A stretch of 64,000 nucleotides of DNA from assembly GCA_951406725.2 (NCBI GenBank), contig OX597830.1:21576001-21640000 (forward strand), read 5' to 3'. The DNA comes from Octopus vulgaris. Taxonomy: Eukaryota. Under the pieces are notes generated by a model. That model was not told the DNA's origin, searched no databases, and worked only from the letters and a program-made list of their open reading frames with translations. Below, in pieces: positions 14,431 through 27,566 of this stretch. Positions within the stretch are counted from its first letter, which is position 1. Each line of letters starts with the position of its first letter. The position numbers were made by a program, and so were the translations under genes.

Positions 14431-14540
14431 ATCACGTGACCGACCACACCATCAGATGTTGTTACACATCGCTGGTCACAATGCGTTCGCATTGTTTTAG
14501 CCTTCGAATGACGCCACCTCGTTGGCTAAGCGAGCAGGCC
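14431..14540 (-). mobile_element. SINE-C tail fragment (tail type 3)
   Basis: Matches 50528-50637 (ATCACGTGACCGACC..CGCTGGTCACAATG..AAGCGAGCAGGCC). Confidence 0.7.
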
Positions 14541-15404
14541 ATGTATGTATGTATGCATGTATAATCTCCTCCAGCTTTTGCACTCGGACAGAAGATCTGT
14601 ATAATCAGACAACGACTGGGTTTCAACGGTCAAGTGAGCTGCAACTGCGAAGCAGCCTCATCGTGTACCATACTTGTTGCACTCTTGTACACCATTTGGC
14701 ACCATTTGGCGTGGAGGCCCAGGGAGGTGGTACGGTGTTGGGTGAAGTGGGGTGGAGGAACGAAGCCGATTGCCGTACTCACCGTGCAAAGGCGTTTTTT
14801 TTTTTTTGCTTGAAAACAGTAACGCTCCCTATAATAACAGATGCCCTGGGAATGATTAATAAACATACAAATATATAACTAAAACCACAGGACACGCATA
14901 CATACAGAAAATATTACAGCACGGCACTGCACTTCCTACTGTACCCGCTGCGATGAAAAGTTCTGAAATCTCTTTGTGGTGTTCAAGGGGAATCAGATCT
15001 AGCTTATCTATAGGGACCTCATTCGTTCACATATCTTCAAAGACACTTCAGTGCTAACCACCTGCATACTTTGTACCAAACCATGTGAAGGGAGCTAAGA
15101 GCCACTGTTATCTTAGATGTCATTCATGTCACTCGTATTCTTTCCTCCCATATATTAAAATACGAGCCAAATGGCAAGTGTGTGATATAATAGTTTAGCT
15201 TGCCCCTTTGCTGTCTTCAGTTTTGAACCCGAGAACCCGAGAATAAAGTTCTGTATGTTTACACGCCGCCCAACATAAGAGGTTTCGTCCCAACTATTAA
15301 CCGGAGCTACCCCCAACAGCTCTATACCATTCAAGAAATGTATAAGTAAGTCACCTTTCCCTTTTATTGTGCTTGTGTTGTGCGATCGAGCAAAAATCTA
15401 ATCA

Positions 15405-15552
15405 GTTCGTGCAGACATGAGGTCAAACAACCCTGAAAGTTTCATCCGAATCCATCCAGCGGTTCTTGAGATATCTTGTCCATGGACAAACAAACAAATA
15501 ATGAAACACGACTGAAAACATTATCACTGCATTCGCTAAGGCGGAGGTGATA
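15405..15552. mobile_element. Helentron/HINE-like non-autonomous element end
   Basis: AAAGTTTCATCCGAATCCATCCAGCGGTTCTTGAGATATC, (CAAA)n, then hairpin ATTATCAC..GGCGGAGGTGATAAT. Confidence 0.45.
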
Positions 15553-15586
15553 ATAAGAATAATAAGAATAAGAAAAATAATAATAA

Positions 15587-16142
15587 ATGCCCTGATGCAG
15601 TACCAGGCAGTGGCTTTCATGGCGTTTGATCATAACTGATTGCAAGTGTTATCATGTACATATTTTGTCTTGGTATAAAAGATGGGCTGCAGCAAATATT
15701 CTGCTCAATACCACAGATTTGCTTGTCAGTTGTTTGACCGTAACCAGTTGAGCATATCCCTTACTGGCTGACGATATGTGCATCTCTGATCACGAGCAGA
15801 AGTAGTGGCGGGAGCATCATAGCCATGTGTTGAGAGGGATTCTTTGGGGTTTGAATAGTTCACCTCTGGAAACATGGGTGGTTCTTTCAACATCCTTAAA
15901 CAACCCTTATTCAGGGACCGTTTGAGCGGGATGGGCTACTCAACCTGAAGAAAATTCTAACTGGGCCCCACCTGCAAGGTCATGTGCTGTTTATCTTGAT
16001 ATGAGATCACCATGTCGCGCACATATGGTTGTGATGCATGTGCCTGGTGTACCTTTATCAGACGGGTAGTCATGATGGGTATATTGGGCTTCGTATATTT
16101 TACCCCAGTGTCACTTTGATGGCATGAACTACTCTCTCACTC

Positions 16143-16143
<1 letters not shown>
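15587..16143 (+). mobile_element. Family D (TAA)n-embedded retroposon, longest copy
   Basis: Highly similar to 830-1365, with the same 3' end and TAA repeats on both sides. Confidence 0.75.
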
Positions 16144-16204
<61 letters not shown>

Positions 16205-16235
16205 TAATAATGATAATAATAAGAATAATAATAAT

Positions 16236-16644
16236 GGTTTCAAATTTTGCTGCAAGGGCAGGTGTTTACCTGCCCTTGCAAGGGGAGGAGAAGAGTAGAT
16301 TACATGGACCCCAGTGTTCAATTGGTACTTATTTCATTGACCCCGAAAGGATGAAAGACAAAATCGACCTCGGCGAAATTTGAACTCAGAACGTAGCAGC
16401 ATACGAAATACCTATTTCTTTACTACCCACAAGTGGCTAAACACAGAGGGGACAAACAAGGACAGACAAAAGGATTAAGTCGATTATATCGACCCCAGTG
16501 TGTAACTGGTACTTATTTAATCGACCCCGAAAGGATTAAAGGCAAAGTTGACCTCGGTGGAATTTGAACTGAGAACGTAACGGTAGACGAAATACCCCTA
16601 AGCACTTCGCCCGGCGTGCTAACGACTCTGCCAACTTGCCGCCT
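16236..16644 (-). mobile_element. SINE-A dimer: head, Tx1-tail unit, then a unit with the alternative (AAATTTGAAACC) tail
   Basis: Junction AAAGAAATA|GGTATTTCG (SINE sense) at 16413/16412. Confidence 0.85.
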
Positions 16645-16691
16645 CGATAATACTAATAATGATACTAATAATAATAATAATAATAATAATG

Positions 16692-16767
<76 letters not shown>

Positions 16768-16933
16768 TAATAAAACAGTTATTAGGGTTCCTTTTATTGA
16801 CATAAGGGTGACGAATGCGGTGACATTGCATATGATAACAATAAATAACAACAACAACAACAATAACAGATTCTATCATTATGTTTATTCGTTTTCTCAC
16901 ACCACAAAATGTTTGACTGCTTCTCTCTCATTA

Positions 16934-16971
<38 letters not shown>

Positions 16972-17677
16972 CTTATTTCTCTCTCTCTCTCCTTCCCGCG
17001 CTCTCCACTATCCCGTTGGATTTCTTTTTTTTTGTTTGTTTTTGCTTTTGTTTTTGAAGTTTCCCTCTTTATGTATTCATATATTTTGACATCTTGAAAG
17101 ATGCTTAATACAAGATTTGATTAAAAGGTAACTTAATATTGAAAACGGTGTGTTATAGGGATCATATTGAAAGACGACTCTGTCTCTCTACCTCTCCCTT
17201 TCTGCCTCTTCCCCCATCTTCTTGCCTTCCCACCCCCGTCCGCCCCTATCCCTTGTCCCACACTTGTCTGCTTTCTCCTCAGTTCACAGCATCACACAAA
17301 AGTCTTGTAAGTGTCCTTATCTGATTCCTTATCTTTGCTAAAAGATCTTACTGACAAAACAGATTCGTTAAGAAACTGTGACGGCCGAAAGCACTTTATA
17401 TAGAAAAGCGATTCAGCATAAAGAATGTTCCAGATGGTGAGGAAAAAACAACAACGACAACGACAACAACAACGACAACAACGACGATGATGACAACAAC
17501 AACAACAACGATAATAACAATGATAATAATAAGATGGTGGTAATGTTTTTAATGTTTCACACACCAAAAAATGCAGGATTAAATGACAAGGTGAGATTGT
17601 GGTCTCCAACTGTGTATGTATGTATGTATGTATGTATGTATGTATGTATGTATGTATGTATATATACACATATACTG

Positions 17678-17720
<43 letters not shown>

Positions 17721-17814
17721 ATGTATATATATATATATAATGTATGTATATATATATATGTGTGTGTATGTATATATATATATATATATATAACGCCACG
17801 CATCCCCTTCCAAG

Positions 17815-17868
<54 letters not shown>

Positions 17869-17917
17869 CATATATATGTATGTATGCACGTAGGTATATG
17901 TATATACATACGCAAAT

Positions 17918-17961
<44 letters not shown>

Positions 17962-18410
17962 CCGTGCGTATGTGTGAGTTTGTGTTTGTGTTTCAAAGAA
18001 GCCATCGCCCCCATTTGAAGCTAGTTTCATAAATGGTGTACACGAAACATTCGGCCCTTGAGTCACTTTGTAAGTTCTGCCATTGAAACACACACACACA
18101 TACACACACACACACACACAGACATACACGCACGTGCGCCGCACACACACACACACAAACACACAAACGCACGTGCGTGTGTATGTATATTCACAGGCAT
18201 ACACATACACACACATATCTATCTATTTATCAATCTTTTTCTATACACGTGAGGAGAGGAGTGTACATACAATTTACATAGACAGAGATGTACAATGAAC
18301 AAACATACGAAGGAGAAAGTGAGAGATCGGGATAGAAAGACAGACAGAACGATAAATTCAAACATATTTTGACATTCATATGTGTATATATGTTGGTACA
18401 TATCTATCTA

Positions 18411-18878
18411 CAGGCCGTCGTCGACTTACGACCACAATTAGTTCCGACTGATTGGTTATACAGCGATTTGGTCGTAAGTCAGCCTATAGGCCAATATAGC
18501 TTTGTTTTATGTTCTTACAATATTAAGGTACATTCTCAGGTAAAAGTCACGCACTGCATTCTGCATTTATATTATTATACTGGCGTTAGTCAAAAAATTC
18601 GGAGTGTCAAGCAGTCGTCTTATAAATACGAGGTTGCCTCAATGTCTCCGTGACAGAATAGTCATCCAACACTCGGGATAACCACGGTGGCGATCGATAA
18701 CAAAACATAAGGGAAGCGTTTGTTAGCTGACATCGTCCGTAAACGGGTTAATTTCTAAGGAATTAAATCCATTAGCTATCAACTGGACTTTTTATTATTG
18801 CTGCCGGGATCTAGCACGCCAGTTGTCGTAAAGTCAATCGGTTGTAAGTCGGATAGGTCGTAAGTCGACGACGACCTA
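18411..18878. mobile_element. Tc1/mariner-superfamily (pogo/Tigger-like) MITE
   Basis: TIRs CAGGCCGTCGTCGACTTACGACC ... GGTCGTAAGTCGACGACGACCTA, flanked by TA on both sides. Confidence 0.8.
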
Positions 18879-18889
18879 TAACGATAAAC

Positions 18890-19056
18890 GTCGCCCTTTT
18901 CAAGCCTAGCCAGGCTCATGGGCCCGGTTTCCCGGTTTCTGTGGCGTATGTGTTCCCCCGAGCAGGACGGGACGCCAGTCCATAGCAGCGTTACTCAAGA
19001 AACAGGAAGAGAGAGTGAGAGAAAGTTGTGACGAAAGAGTACAACCGGGGTCGCCT
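18890..19056 (-). mobile_element. SINE-C core plus tail (tail type 2-related), 5'-truncated
   Basis: Core GAGTGAGAGAAAGTTGTGACGAAAGAGTACA. The tail resembles 60220-60310 (GAAACCGG(G)CCC..ATGAGCC). Confidence 0.7.
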
Positions 19057-19058
19057 GT

Positions 19059-19089
<31 letters not shown>

Positions 19090-19581
19090 ATAGTTGTGAA
19101 AACAATGATAATAGTTTCAAACTTAGGCTGAAGGTCGATAATATTGAGGGGAGTTTAGTTGATGCCATGGACCCCCCTCCCCAGCATTTAGCAGCAACTT
19201 TATTTTATCGACTTCATAGAGACGAAAGGTATAGAGAGCTGGACGGGACTTGAATTCATAACGTAAAAAAAAAACTTCAAGGGCACCTGGCGGTATATTC
19301 CAACGACCCCGCCTGCCCAACACCCTTAAGAATACAATGTTTTCTCATTTAGATGTTAGACCAAAAAAAAAAGAGAAAGAAAAAATGGTGGGGTGGTGAA
19401 TGGAGGGACAGTGAGCTTTATGTGGACTCCAGTATATGACTGGTATTTCATGTTTATGAACGTCAGACAGGTGAAAGGTGAGAGTCATCTCTGCGAGATT
19501 TGAACTCAGAATGTAAAGAGCAAGATTGCATTGGTTCTGACATTCCAACAAGCCTACCAATCTACTATTCAAAAGACTACG

Positions 19582-19654
<73 letters not shown>

Positions 19655-19662
19655 TAATAATG

Positions 19663-19738
<76 letters not shown>

Positions 19739-19821
19739 TGATGATGATAATAATAATAATAATGATGATGATGATGATGACGATGATGATGATGATGATA
19801 ATAATAGTAATAATAATAATG

Positions 19822-19946
19822 TATTCTGAATGATAAATGGCAAGAAAAACCTCGCAATGGCAAATACTCAAAGAGAGTGAATAATGCAGATGTTGACAAA
19901 GCCCTGACCCATCAATGGCTAATGGCCTCTGGCTTAAAATCTGAAA
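19822..19946 (+). mobile_element. Internal fragment of Dong-1 flanked by (TAA)n on both sides
   Basis: Matches ~32605-32729 (ILNDKWQEKP..GKY..ADVDKALTHQWLMASGLKSE) and lacks the element's 3' end. Confidence 0.85.
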
Positions 19947-19971
19947 TAATAATAATAATGATAATGATAAT

Positions 19972-20331
19972 AAAGACTTGCTAATAGATATTGAAAAAAA
20001 TGTGGCATCTCAAGGCGACTACAGTTCCAGTGATTGTAGGATCTCTAGAAATGATAAAAAAAAAAAAGGTACTGAAACCTATTTGAAAATGATACCAGGC
20101 TTACCATCCCTACAGGAAGTGCAAAAAATCGTGTTAACTGAAATGACTCATGTACTGAGAAGAGCATAATCGCTGTGAAAACAACATCCGTTTATGAATT
20201 ATTTTTTTATAATACATATTTTACCTGTGAATTTGCGTGTGTAATCTGGGAATGCATACAATAAGCTTCTCTGCCCAAGGTGTATGGAAGACACTCGTCG
20301 AGAAATGGAAGAAAATTTGAAGAAAGAAGGA

Positions 20332-20332
<1 letters not shown>
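19972..20332 (+). mobile_element. R4/Dong-like RLE LINE 3' end (family Dong-2)
   Basis: Frameshifted KDLLIDIEKMWHLKATTVPVIVGSL..IPGLPSLQEVQKIVL..HVLRRA. The 3' UTR end matches 33688-33746, followed by (TAA)n. Confidence 0.8.
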
Positions 20333-20423
<91 letters not shown>

Positions 20424-20424
<1 letters not shown>

Positions 20425-20464
20425 CCCCAGTGTCGCTTTGATGGCATGCGCTGCTCTCTCACTC
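20424..20464 (+). mobile_element. Extremely 5'-truncated family D insertion in (TAA)n
   Basis: CCCCAGTGTCGCTTTGATGGCATGCGCTGCTCTCTCACTC equals the 3' terminus of 830-1365. Confidence 0.75.
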
Positions 20465-20490
20465 AATAATAATGAGGATAATAATAATAA

Positions 20491-21117
20491 TGATTTCAAA
20501 TTTTGGCACAAGGCCAGCAGTTTTGCGGGTGGAAGTAAGTCGATTACATCTACCCCACTACTCAAATGGCACTTATTTCAAGTACTCCTAAAAGATTAAA
20601 GGCAAAGTCGACCTCGGCGGAAATAATAATGATGATAACGATGATTTTAAATTTTGGTAGGCGGACAGCAATTTGGGGGAGATGGGTAAGTGTATTACAT
20701 CAATTGGAATTTATTTTATCGATCTCCCAACGAATGAAAAAGTAAAGTCGACCTCGGCGGAATTTGGACTCGGAACACAAAGACAGACGAAATGCCGCTA
20801 AGCATTTGGCCGGCATGCTAACGATTCTACCAGCTCGCCGCCTTAATGATGATGATGAGGAGGAGGAGGAGAAGGAGGAAGAGGAGGATAACAATAATGG
20901 TTTCAAATTTTGCCACAAGGTTAAACACTTAGACATTTGGGTAAGTGTATTACATCGACCCCAGTACTCAACTGGTACTTAATTTATCGACCTCGATAAA
21001 TTACCTCGATGAAAGGCAAAGTCGACCTCGGCACAATTTGAACTCAGAACGTAACGACGGGCAAACTACCGCTAAGCATTTAGCCCGGCATGCTAACGAT
21101 TCTGCCAGCTCGCCGCC

Positions 21118-21119
<2 letters not shown>
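20491..21119 (-). mobile_element. Three consecutive SINE-A copies with the alternative tail
   Basis: Repeated TTTCAAATTTTG..AAAGTCGACCTCGGC..GCTAACGATTCT.CCAGCTCGCCGCCTT blocks at ~20491, 20640 and 20898. Confidence 0.8.
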
Positions 21120-21178
<59 letters not shown>

Positions 21179-21215
21179 CGATGATGATGATGATGATGAT
21201 GATAATAATAATAAT

Positions 21216-21246
<31 letters not shown>

Positions 21247-21539
21247 GTAATAATAATAATAATTTCTGCCAATTTTATCATGTCAGCAATATCTTGTAAA
21301 CACCCCCACACACACCAGCACCTTTGCCCACCCACTCCCCTCCTTTTCCAACTTTATTTCAAATGACAAAGAATCGTCTGTCTTACCTATCTCGCTGTCT
21401 ATCGTTTCGTATAATTATGTCGTTTTCATACCCTCCCCCCCTCTCTCTCTCTTTCCCTGTACCTCTTTCTCTCTCGACAATCTATGTCTGTCATTTTGTA
21501 TATTTATTTACTTTCACACGCACTCTCTGTCTCTGTCCG

Positions 21540-21580
<41 letters not shown>

Positions 21581-22359
21581 TACACACTCACTCGCACATC
21601 GTCCCCTCGTTTCCTTTTCCATTCCCCCCTCTCTCTCTCTCTCTGTATCTATCTATCTATCTTACTGCCTCTCACTCTCTCTCTCTCTCACACACCAATG
21701 CACGACTCAACAACATCCACACATACGCAATACCATGTGTGTGTGTATGTATGTATGTATGTATATATGTATGTATGCTTGTATGTATGTACGTATGTAT
21801 GTGTGCATCTTCTCGTCTGTCGCCTTAGATTTGTCAACCTATCAAACTCTACATCTATAAATCCTTCTTTATTTTTCTCTTTATCCCCGGCTATCTCCCA
21901 TCATTCTCCATCTCTCTATCATTATTTTCTGTTTGTCACTGATGTGAACAAAGTATCTTTTTCATACTCCTAACTCTCTCGGATCTTTTCGGTTTGGACG
22001 GTAGTTTTTAACATAATTTCTAGGTAACTAAAAAGTTTTAAACTTCGTATACTGGTAGAATGTGTTTATAAAACATCTTTTTCTCTTGGCTTTATTGAGA
22101 AAATTCTATAGTTTGTAAGATATTTGTTGTTTTTTTTCTTCAATTTCTGCAATTTCAACCAATCAATGACGTCTATTGAGGTAAAAAGCATTCTGTGCCG
22201 TACGAATATGTCCCTCGTTTAAGAAACAGATTGGGTTTATTTACATTTCTGAAGAAAAAAAGATGCCCTTCCCCCACCCCTAACCCTAACCCGAAAACAG
22301 ATTGAAATGCAATAGATCGATTCTAGGGTCATAAATTATGGGTGACAATTTCATATGAG

Positions 22360-23517
22360 AATGTGGGTCTGTCTGTCTGTCTGTCTGTGTGTTTCCCTAA
22401 AACTTGATAACTACACAACCAATTTCATTCAAATTTTACACATGCCTTACTTAGGGTCCATGTAGTTTCATGGGCAAAACAAATGTTCAACTTCTTGCCT
22501 AGAGCGAGCCCACAGCAATATCATATCTTCTCCACTACGATTCCCTAAAACTTGAGAACTACACAAACAATTTCATTCAAATTTTACGCATGCCTTACTT
22601 AGGGTCCATGTAGTTTTATGGGCAAAAAAAAAGTTCAACTTCTTGCCTAGAGCGAGCCCATAGCAATATCATATCTTCTCCACTATTTCACTATTACGTG
22701 TTAAAAGTGAAACAAAAACATTTCTCTATTTTATGTCAGATGCTTTCACTTTAACAATAAAAATAATAACAATTGAATTATATGTAGTAAGTAATAATTA
22801 AAATCAAACTAAAGTATAAAATAATCGTAACATAACAAAAGTAAAAATAGCAATTGGTATAGATTTGCATCAATGATTTGAACTTGAATAAGTGGTTTCA
22901 CATGAATGGGAATAAATTAAAAATAAAATTAGCGTGCAGAAATGGAATAGTCCAGATGGATAATAAAAAATCAAATTAAAGAAAAGACTATTGTCTATAA
23001 AGTATACAATCTGGAGAAAAAAGATTTAAACACCTGGAGGAAAGCACCTTCGAAAAGTGTCTTCGTGCGACTATGAAAGATATCTAACCAGAGGCGGTAA
23101 ATTCGCCACAATAGAAGCAAGGTTCGAGTCAACGGAGCGTGCAAGCGAGTACTCGACTCGAACTTGCAAAGTGGAAATAATTAATTTTTACCTTTATATC
23201 TGGGACGCAGGACGTCCCGGATAAAAGTTTAAAATGCCCCCCCCCCAGAAGTTGATGTAGGCTGGATTGTAGCCACACTTCTATACAAGAGGGAGGACAA
23301 GATACAATAGATCGAAATTACAAGAGACGGGTTAACAATTCCAGTCTGTTATATATTTTGAATATTGTTAGCACTAGCGATATCAAGATATAACTTTGCA
23401 TTTTGTATTTTATGTGTAGATGTATATATATAGATGTACATGTAATATGTACACATATATATACACATATATACATGCACTAGCACTATGACCCGGCAAC
23501 GACGGGTCATAATGCTA

Positions 23518-23518
<1 letters not shown>
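22360..23518 (+). mobile_element. Non-autonomous Helitron-like element with an internal 148-bp tandem duplication
   Basis: 5' (TCTG)n plus AACTACACAACCAATTTCATTCAAATTTT. Duplicated block at 22393/22541. 3' hairpin GACCCGGCAACGACGGGTC then CTAG|T at 23515-23519. The 5' boundary is uncertain. Confidence 0.6.
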
Positions 23519-23582
<64 letters not shown>

Positions 23583-23984
23583 AGCTTAGAGAAGAAGAAG
23601 AAACCAAACCAAACCAAACGAATCGAATCGAATCGACGCGAAGGCGCTCAGTCATACAATAGTGTAATAAATAAAATATATGCATATATACAAACATATA
23701 TGTACTTACCTACATCTACATGTATATATACATGCATATATAAATATATATACGTGTGTACAGGACACCACAAACAGACGTAGAACTCAACGAGAAACGA
23801 AAACGTAAAAACAGCATGGAACGGACCATTCCTTTAACAACGAAAAAACAGAGTACAAGACAACTACACAAGGAAAAATCCCCTTCATCAGCCGTCCCTA
23901 GTTCAACTCCAGCGTGTTTCGAAGGTGAGGACAGAACACGTCTCGTCGAACTAATCCTTCCTGCGAAAGATATATATATATATA

Positions 23985-24209
23985 AAGGCGGCGAGCTGGC
24001 CGAAACTGGCCGAAGCTGGCACGCTGGGCGAAATGCGTAGCTATATTTCGACTGTCGTTACGTTCCGATTTCAAATTCCGCCGAGGTCAACTTTGCCTTC
24101 ATCCTTTCGGGGTCGATAAAGTAAGTACCAGTTACGCACTGTGGTCGATGTAATCGATAATCTGTTTGTCTGTCCTTGTTTGTCCCCTCTGTGTTTAGTC
24201 CCTTGTGGG

Positions 24210-24210
<1 letters not shown>
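23985..24210 (+). mobile_element. SINE-A copy flanked by (TA)n
   Basis: Head, core and Tx1-type tail, truncated at CCCTTGTGGG. Confidence 0.8.
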
Positions 24211-24263
<53 letters not shown>

Positions 24264-24290
24264 TATACACACATATATATATACATATAT

Positions 24291-24436
24291 ACGACGGGCT
24301 TCTTTCAGTTTCCGTCTACCAAATCCACTCACAAGGCTTTGGTCGGTCCGAGGCTATAGTAGAAGACACTTGCCCACTGAACCTAGAACCATGTGGCTGG
24401 TAAGCAAGCTACTTACCACACAGCCATTCCTGCGCC
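24291..24436 (-). mobile_element. SINE-B 5' module
   Basis: GACGGGCTTCTTTCAGTTTCCGTCTACCAAATCCACTCACAAGG..GACACTTGCCCA..CTTACCACACAGCC. Confidence 0.8.
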
Positions 24437-24649
24437 TATATCCGTTAATTTTCTAACGATAAATCGTGTTGTTGTCATTGTTATTGCAGTTGTTGTTTTC
24501 GTCTTTGTTGTTGCTGTTGCTGCAACTGCTGCTGTTGTTCTTGTTTTTTGTTGTGACAATAAGACATGTTGTTCTTGTAAAGTTGTTGTTGTTGTACTCG
24601 CGTCCATATTGCGGAGGTGTTGAAGTCACCGTTCCGTTTATTTGGCGAA

Positions 24650-25790
24650 GTCGTTGCTACCATCCGCCATAACCACTCGCATCTTCACCGCCATCACCAT
24701 CAACTACCAACGCTTCAACCACTACACACTAGCTCGGCCAGCAGCAGCAGCACCACCACCACCACCACCGCCACCGCCATCACCTCGACTAGTTCCACTA
24801 CCACCACCGCCATCACCATCATTAATGTCATCACCAGTAATGAAACCATTGTGTTATCTCCTGTACGATCACATTCTTTCCACTGTCCTCACCACGGCTA
24901 CTATCACCGCAACTAGAATTGACACTATCACTTCAGGAATAATGGAGTAATGGCCTCTCACCACCGTACCAACATCTTTACTATCATCAACACCACCACC
25001 ACCGCCACCACCATCACCATCACCACAAGCATCACTATAACCATCACCCGTCACCACAACCATCACTACTACTACCCCCACCATCACCATCCCCATTACC
25101 ACAATCACTACTACCACCAGCACCACCACCACAAACACCACCACAATATGCAGCATCAACCACAAGCTACTTCCAACCACTATCACAACCACAATCATCA
25201 CCCCACAGTGTTATATCGCACCACCAATACAACCACAATATATAAACAACACAAACACAGCGACCAACGCTGCCACTGCCTTCGCCGCCGTCGCTTTCGT
25301 TGCTGCCGTCACCGTCAACGTCGCTATCGCCGCCGTCGCCCTCGTTGCTGCCGTCACCGTCAACGTCGCTATCGCCGCCGTCGCTGTCAACGTCACTATC
25401 GCCGCCGTCGCTTTCGTTGCTGTCGTCCGTCGCAGACGTCGCTATAGCTGCTGCTACCGTCGCTGCCGTCGCCGTCCCTACTGTCGTCATGGCTGCCGTT
25501 GCCGTCGCTGCCGTCTCCGTCGCTGCCGTCTCCGTCGCTGCCGTCGCCGTCGCTGCCGTCGCCGTCGCTGCCGTCGCCGTCACACTCACCGCAACCACCG
25601 TCTTCAGCACCACTACCACTACTGCCGCCACCGCTGCCAACGCCACCCGCTCTTCGGCCACCACCACAGATACCACTGGTACTAACGCTACTACTAGGGC
25701 TGCCATCGCCATCGCCACAACTGTCTTCAATATAAACGTACGATGGAAAACTCAAAGACCCACCACCACCACTACCACGAGAACAACAAC
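24650..25790. repeat. Degenerate trinucleotide region (CAC/CAT/GCCGTC), including short minisatellite units
   Basis: Repeats of GCCGTCGCT and of a ~45-bp GTTGCTGCCGTCACCGTCAACGTCGCTATCGCCGCC unit. Confidence 0.8.
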
Positions 25791-25865
25791 TCGTGCAAAC
25801 GTATCTTCGATTTCGAAGATAAATCTTCAGTTTTCAATCAACAGAACTACTTGTTCATTGGATAA

Positions 25866-26151
25866 AGTCATTGAGCGTTCCAGCCGTGACCATCCTGATT
25901 TATTATGTAGGAGCATCAAGGATTTCATTATCCAATGTCTCTCCCATTTTTTTAAAGACTCCCAAGTTCTAATTTGAGTGACATTTGGCTGCTATTTCAT
26001 GCAGGACTCTTGACCAAGTATCGTCTCCATCGTTGGTCTTTCGATAACATTTATGATGATTGTATAACAGCGGTCTTAGTGCTAGCATTTGTTTTATGGT
26101 CATAGTGCTATGATGATGGTGGTGGTATTGTGGTGGTGGTGGTGGTGATGG

Positions 26152-26202
<51 letters not shown>

Positions 26203-26922
26203 GGATGATGATGATGATGATGATGAAGATGAAGATAAAGATGAAGAGGAGGATGGTGATGATGATGATGATGGTGATGTGCAATAAAATGGTTCATATT
26301 TGATTGATTAAAAATGTAATGGCAAGTATTTATTGACCTTTTTCTTTCTTTTAAAAATCAGCATGAACTTACCGGACAACCCAATAGAAAGTCATTTGCG
26401 CAAGATACTTCGAAGTGGAGTCGATCCTAGGGTCTCCCGATTGTGAAGTTAAGTTTTAAATCTTTTGACTATCCTGTGTTTGTAAGACAAATTGCGAAAA
26501 CAACAACCGTTGCTGCCGTAATCAAATTCTATCGCAGATAATAGCTCCAATGCTCCAGTGCTACGTACAACTAACAACACCACCGCCACCATCATAACAT
26601 CATGCTAAACCCCCACCACCAGCAATATCATCATAATCACCATCGCACCAACATCATCATCACCGTCGCCAATATCACCACCATCATAGCTCTATGATCA
26701 TCAAACAAAAGCTAGCACTAAAACCGCCGTTCTACAATCGTCTTAAATGCTGCCGAGAGACCTATGACGGAGACGATACTTGGTCAGGAGTATTGCATGA
26801 CATAGTAGCCAAATGCCACTCAAATCAGAGCCTGTGAGTCTTTAAAAATGGGAGAGACATTGGGTAATGAAATCATTGATGCTCCTACGTAATAAATCAG
26901 GATGATCGCGGCTGGAACGCCC
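25866..26922. repeat. Inverted duplication of ~260 bp (25866-26125 vs 26675-26922)
   Basis: GCGTTCCAGCCG..CATCCTGATTTATTA..CAATGTCTCTCCCATTTT is the reverse complement of AAAATGGGAGAGACATTG..TAATAAATCAGGATG..CGGCTGGAACGC. Confidence 0.85.
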
Positions 26923-27372
26923 TTAATCACAGGTCTGATCATTTAGCAAACACTTCGACTACTTCTACTTCTAATACTGCTGCTGGTGCTGGTGCTGCTG
27001 TTACTGCTGCTGGTGCTGCCGCGACTATTCCAGCTACTACGACAGTATATGATGACCACAACACCACCACTAATACTATGAGTAATGTATGATGACCACA
27101 GCATCACCATCACCATTGCCACCAACACCACTAACGGTATCTCCACCAAAAGTCCGAACGCCCGAATTCTCGAGCGCCCGAACGCCCAGCGTCATCGTTG
27201 TCATCGATACAATTATCCCTCACCCCTACACCACACTACCATTCCATCACCACCCACACCACCACAACCACCACCACCACAACGCCACCGGTGCCGCCAA
27301 CACCATCGCCATCCCCATGACTACCGTTACCATACCTTTATCGTCACACCACCATCACCACCGTAATCACCA

Positions 27373-27403
<31 letters not shown>

Positions 27404-27466
27404 TATCATCGTCGTCGTCGTCCTTGTCACCACCACAACGACCACCATTATCACCATTATCACCAC

Positions 27467-27500
<34 letters not shown>

Positions 27501-27530
27501 GTCGTCGTCATCATCACCACCACCTACACT

Positions 27531-27566
<36 letters not shown>

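Noticed and set aside
14960-15340. Possible decayed LINE C-terminus on the minus strand
   Set aside because: Peptide similarity was too weak to call by eye.
22275-22292. CCCTAACCCTAACCC telomeric motif
   Set aside because: Only about two units, inside a probable transposon-derived segment. It is not an interstitial telomere array.
23860-23960. Minus-strand GAAAC...CTGATGA as a permuted hammerhead
   Set aside because: Helices I and II cannot be formed in the correct register. It remains an unclassified TA-flanked cassette.
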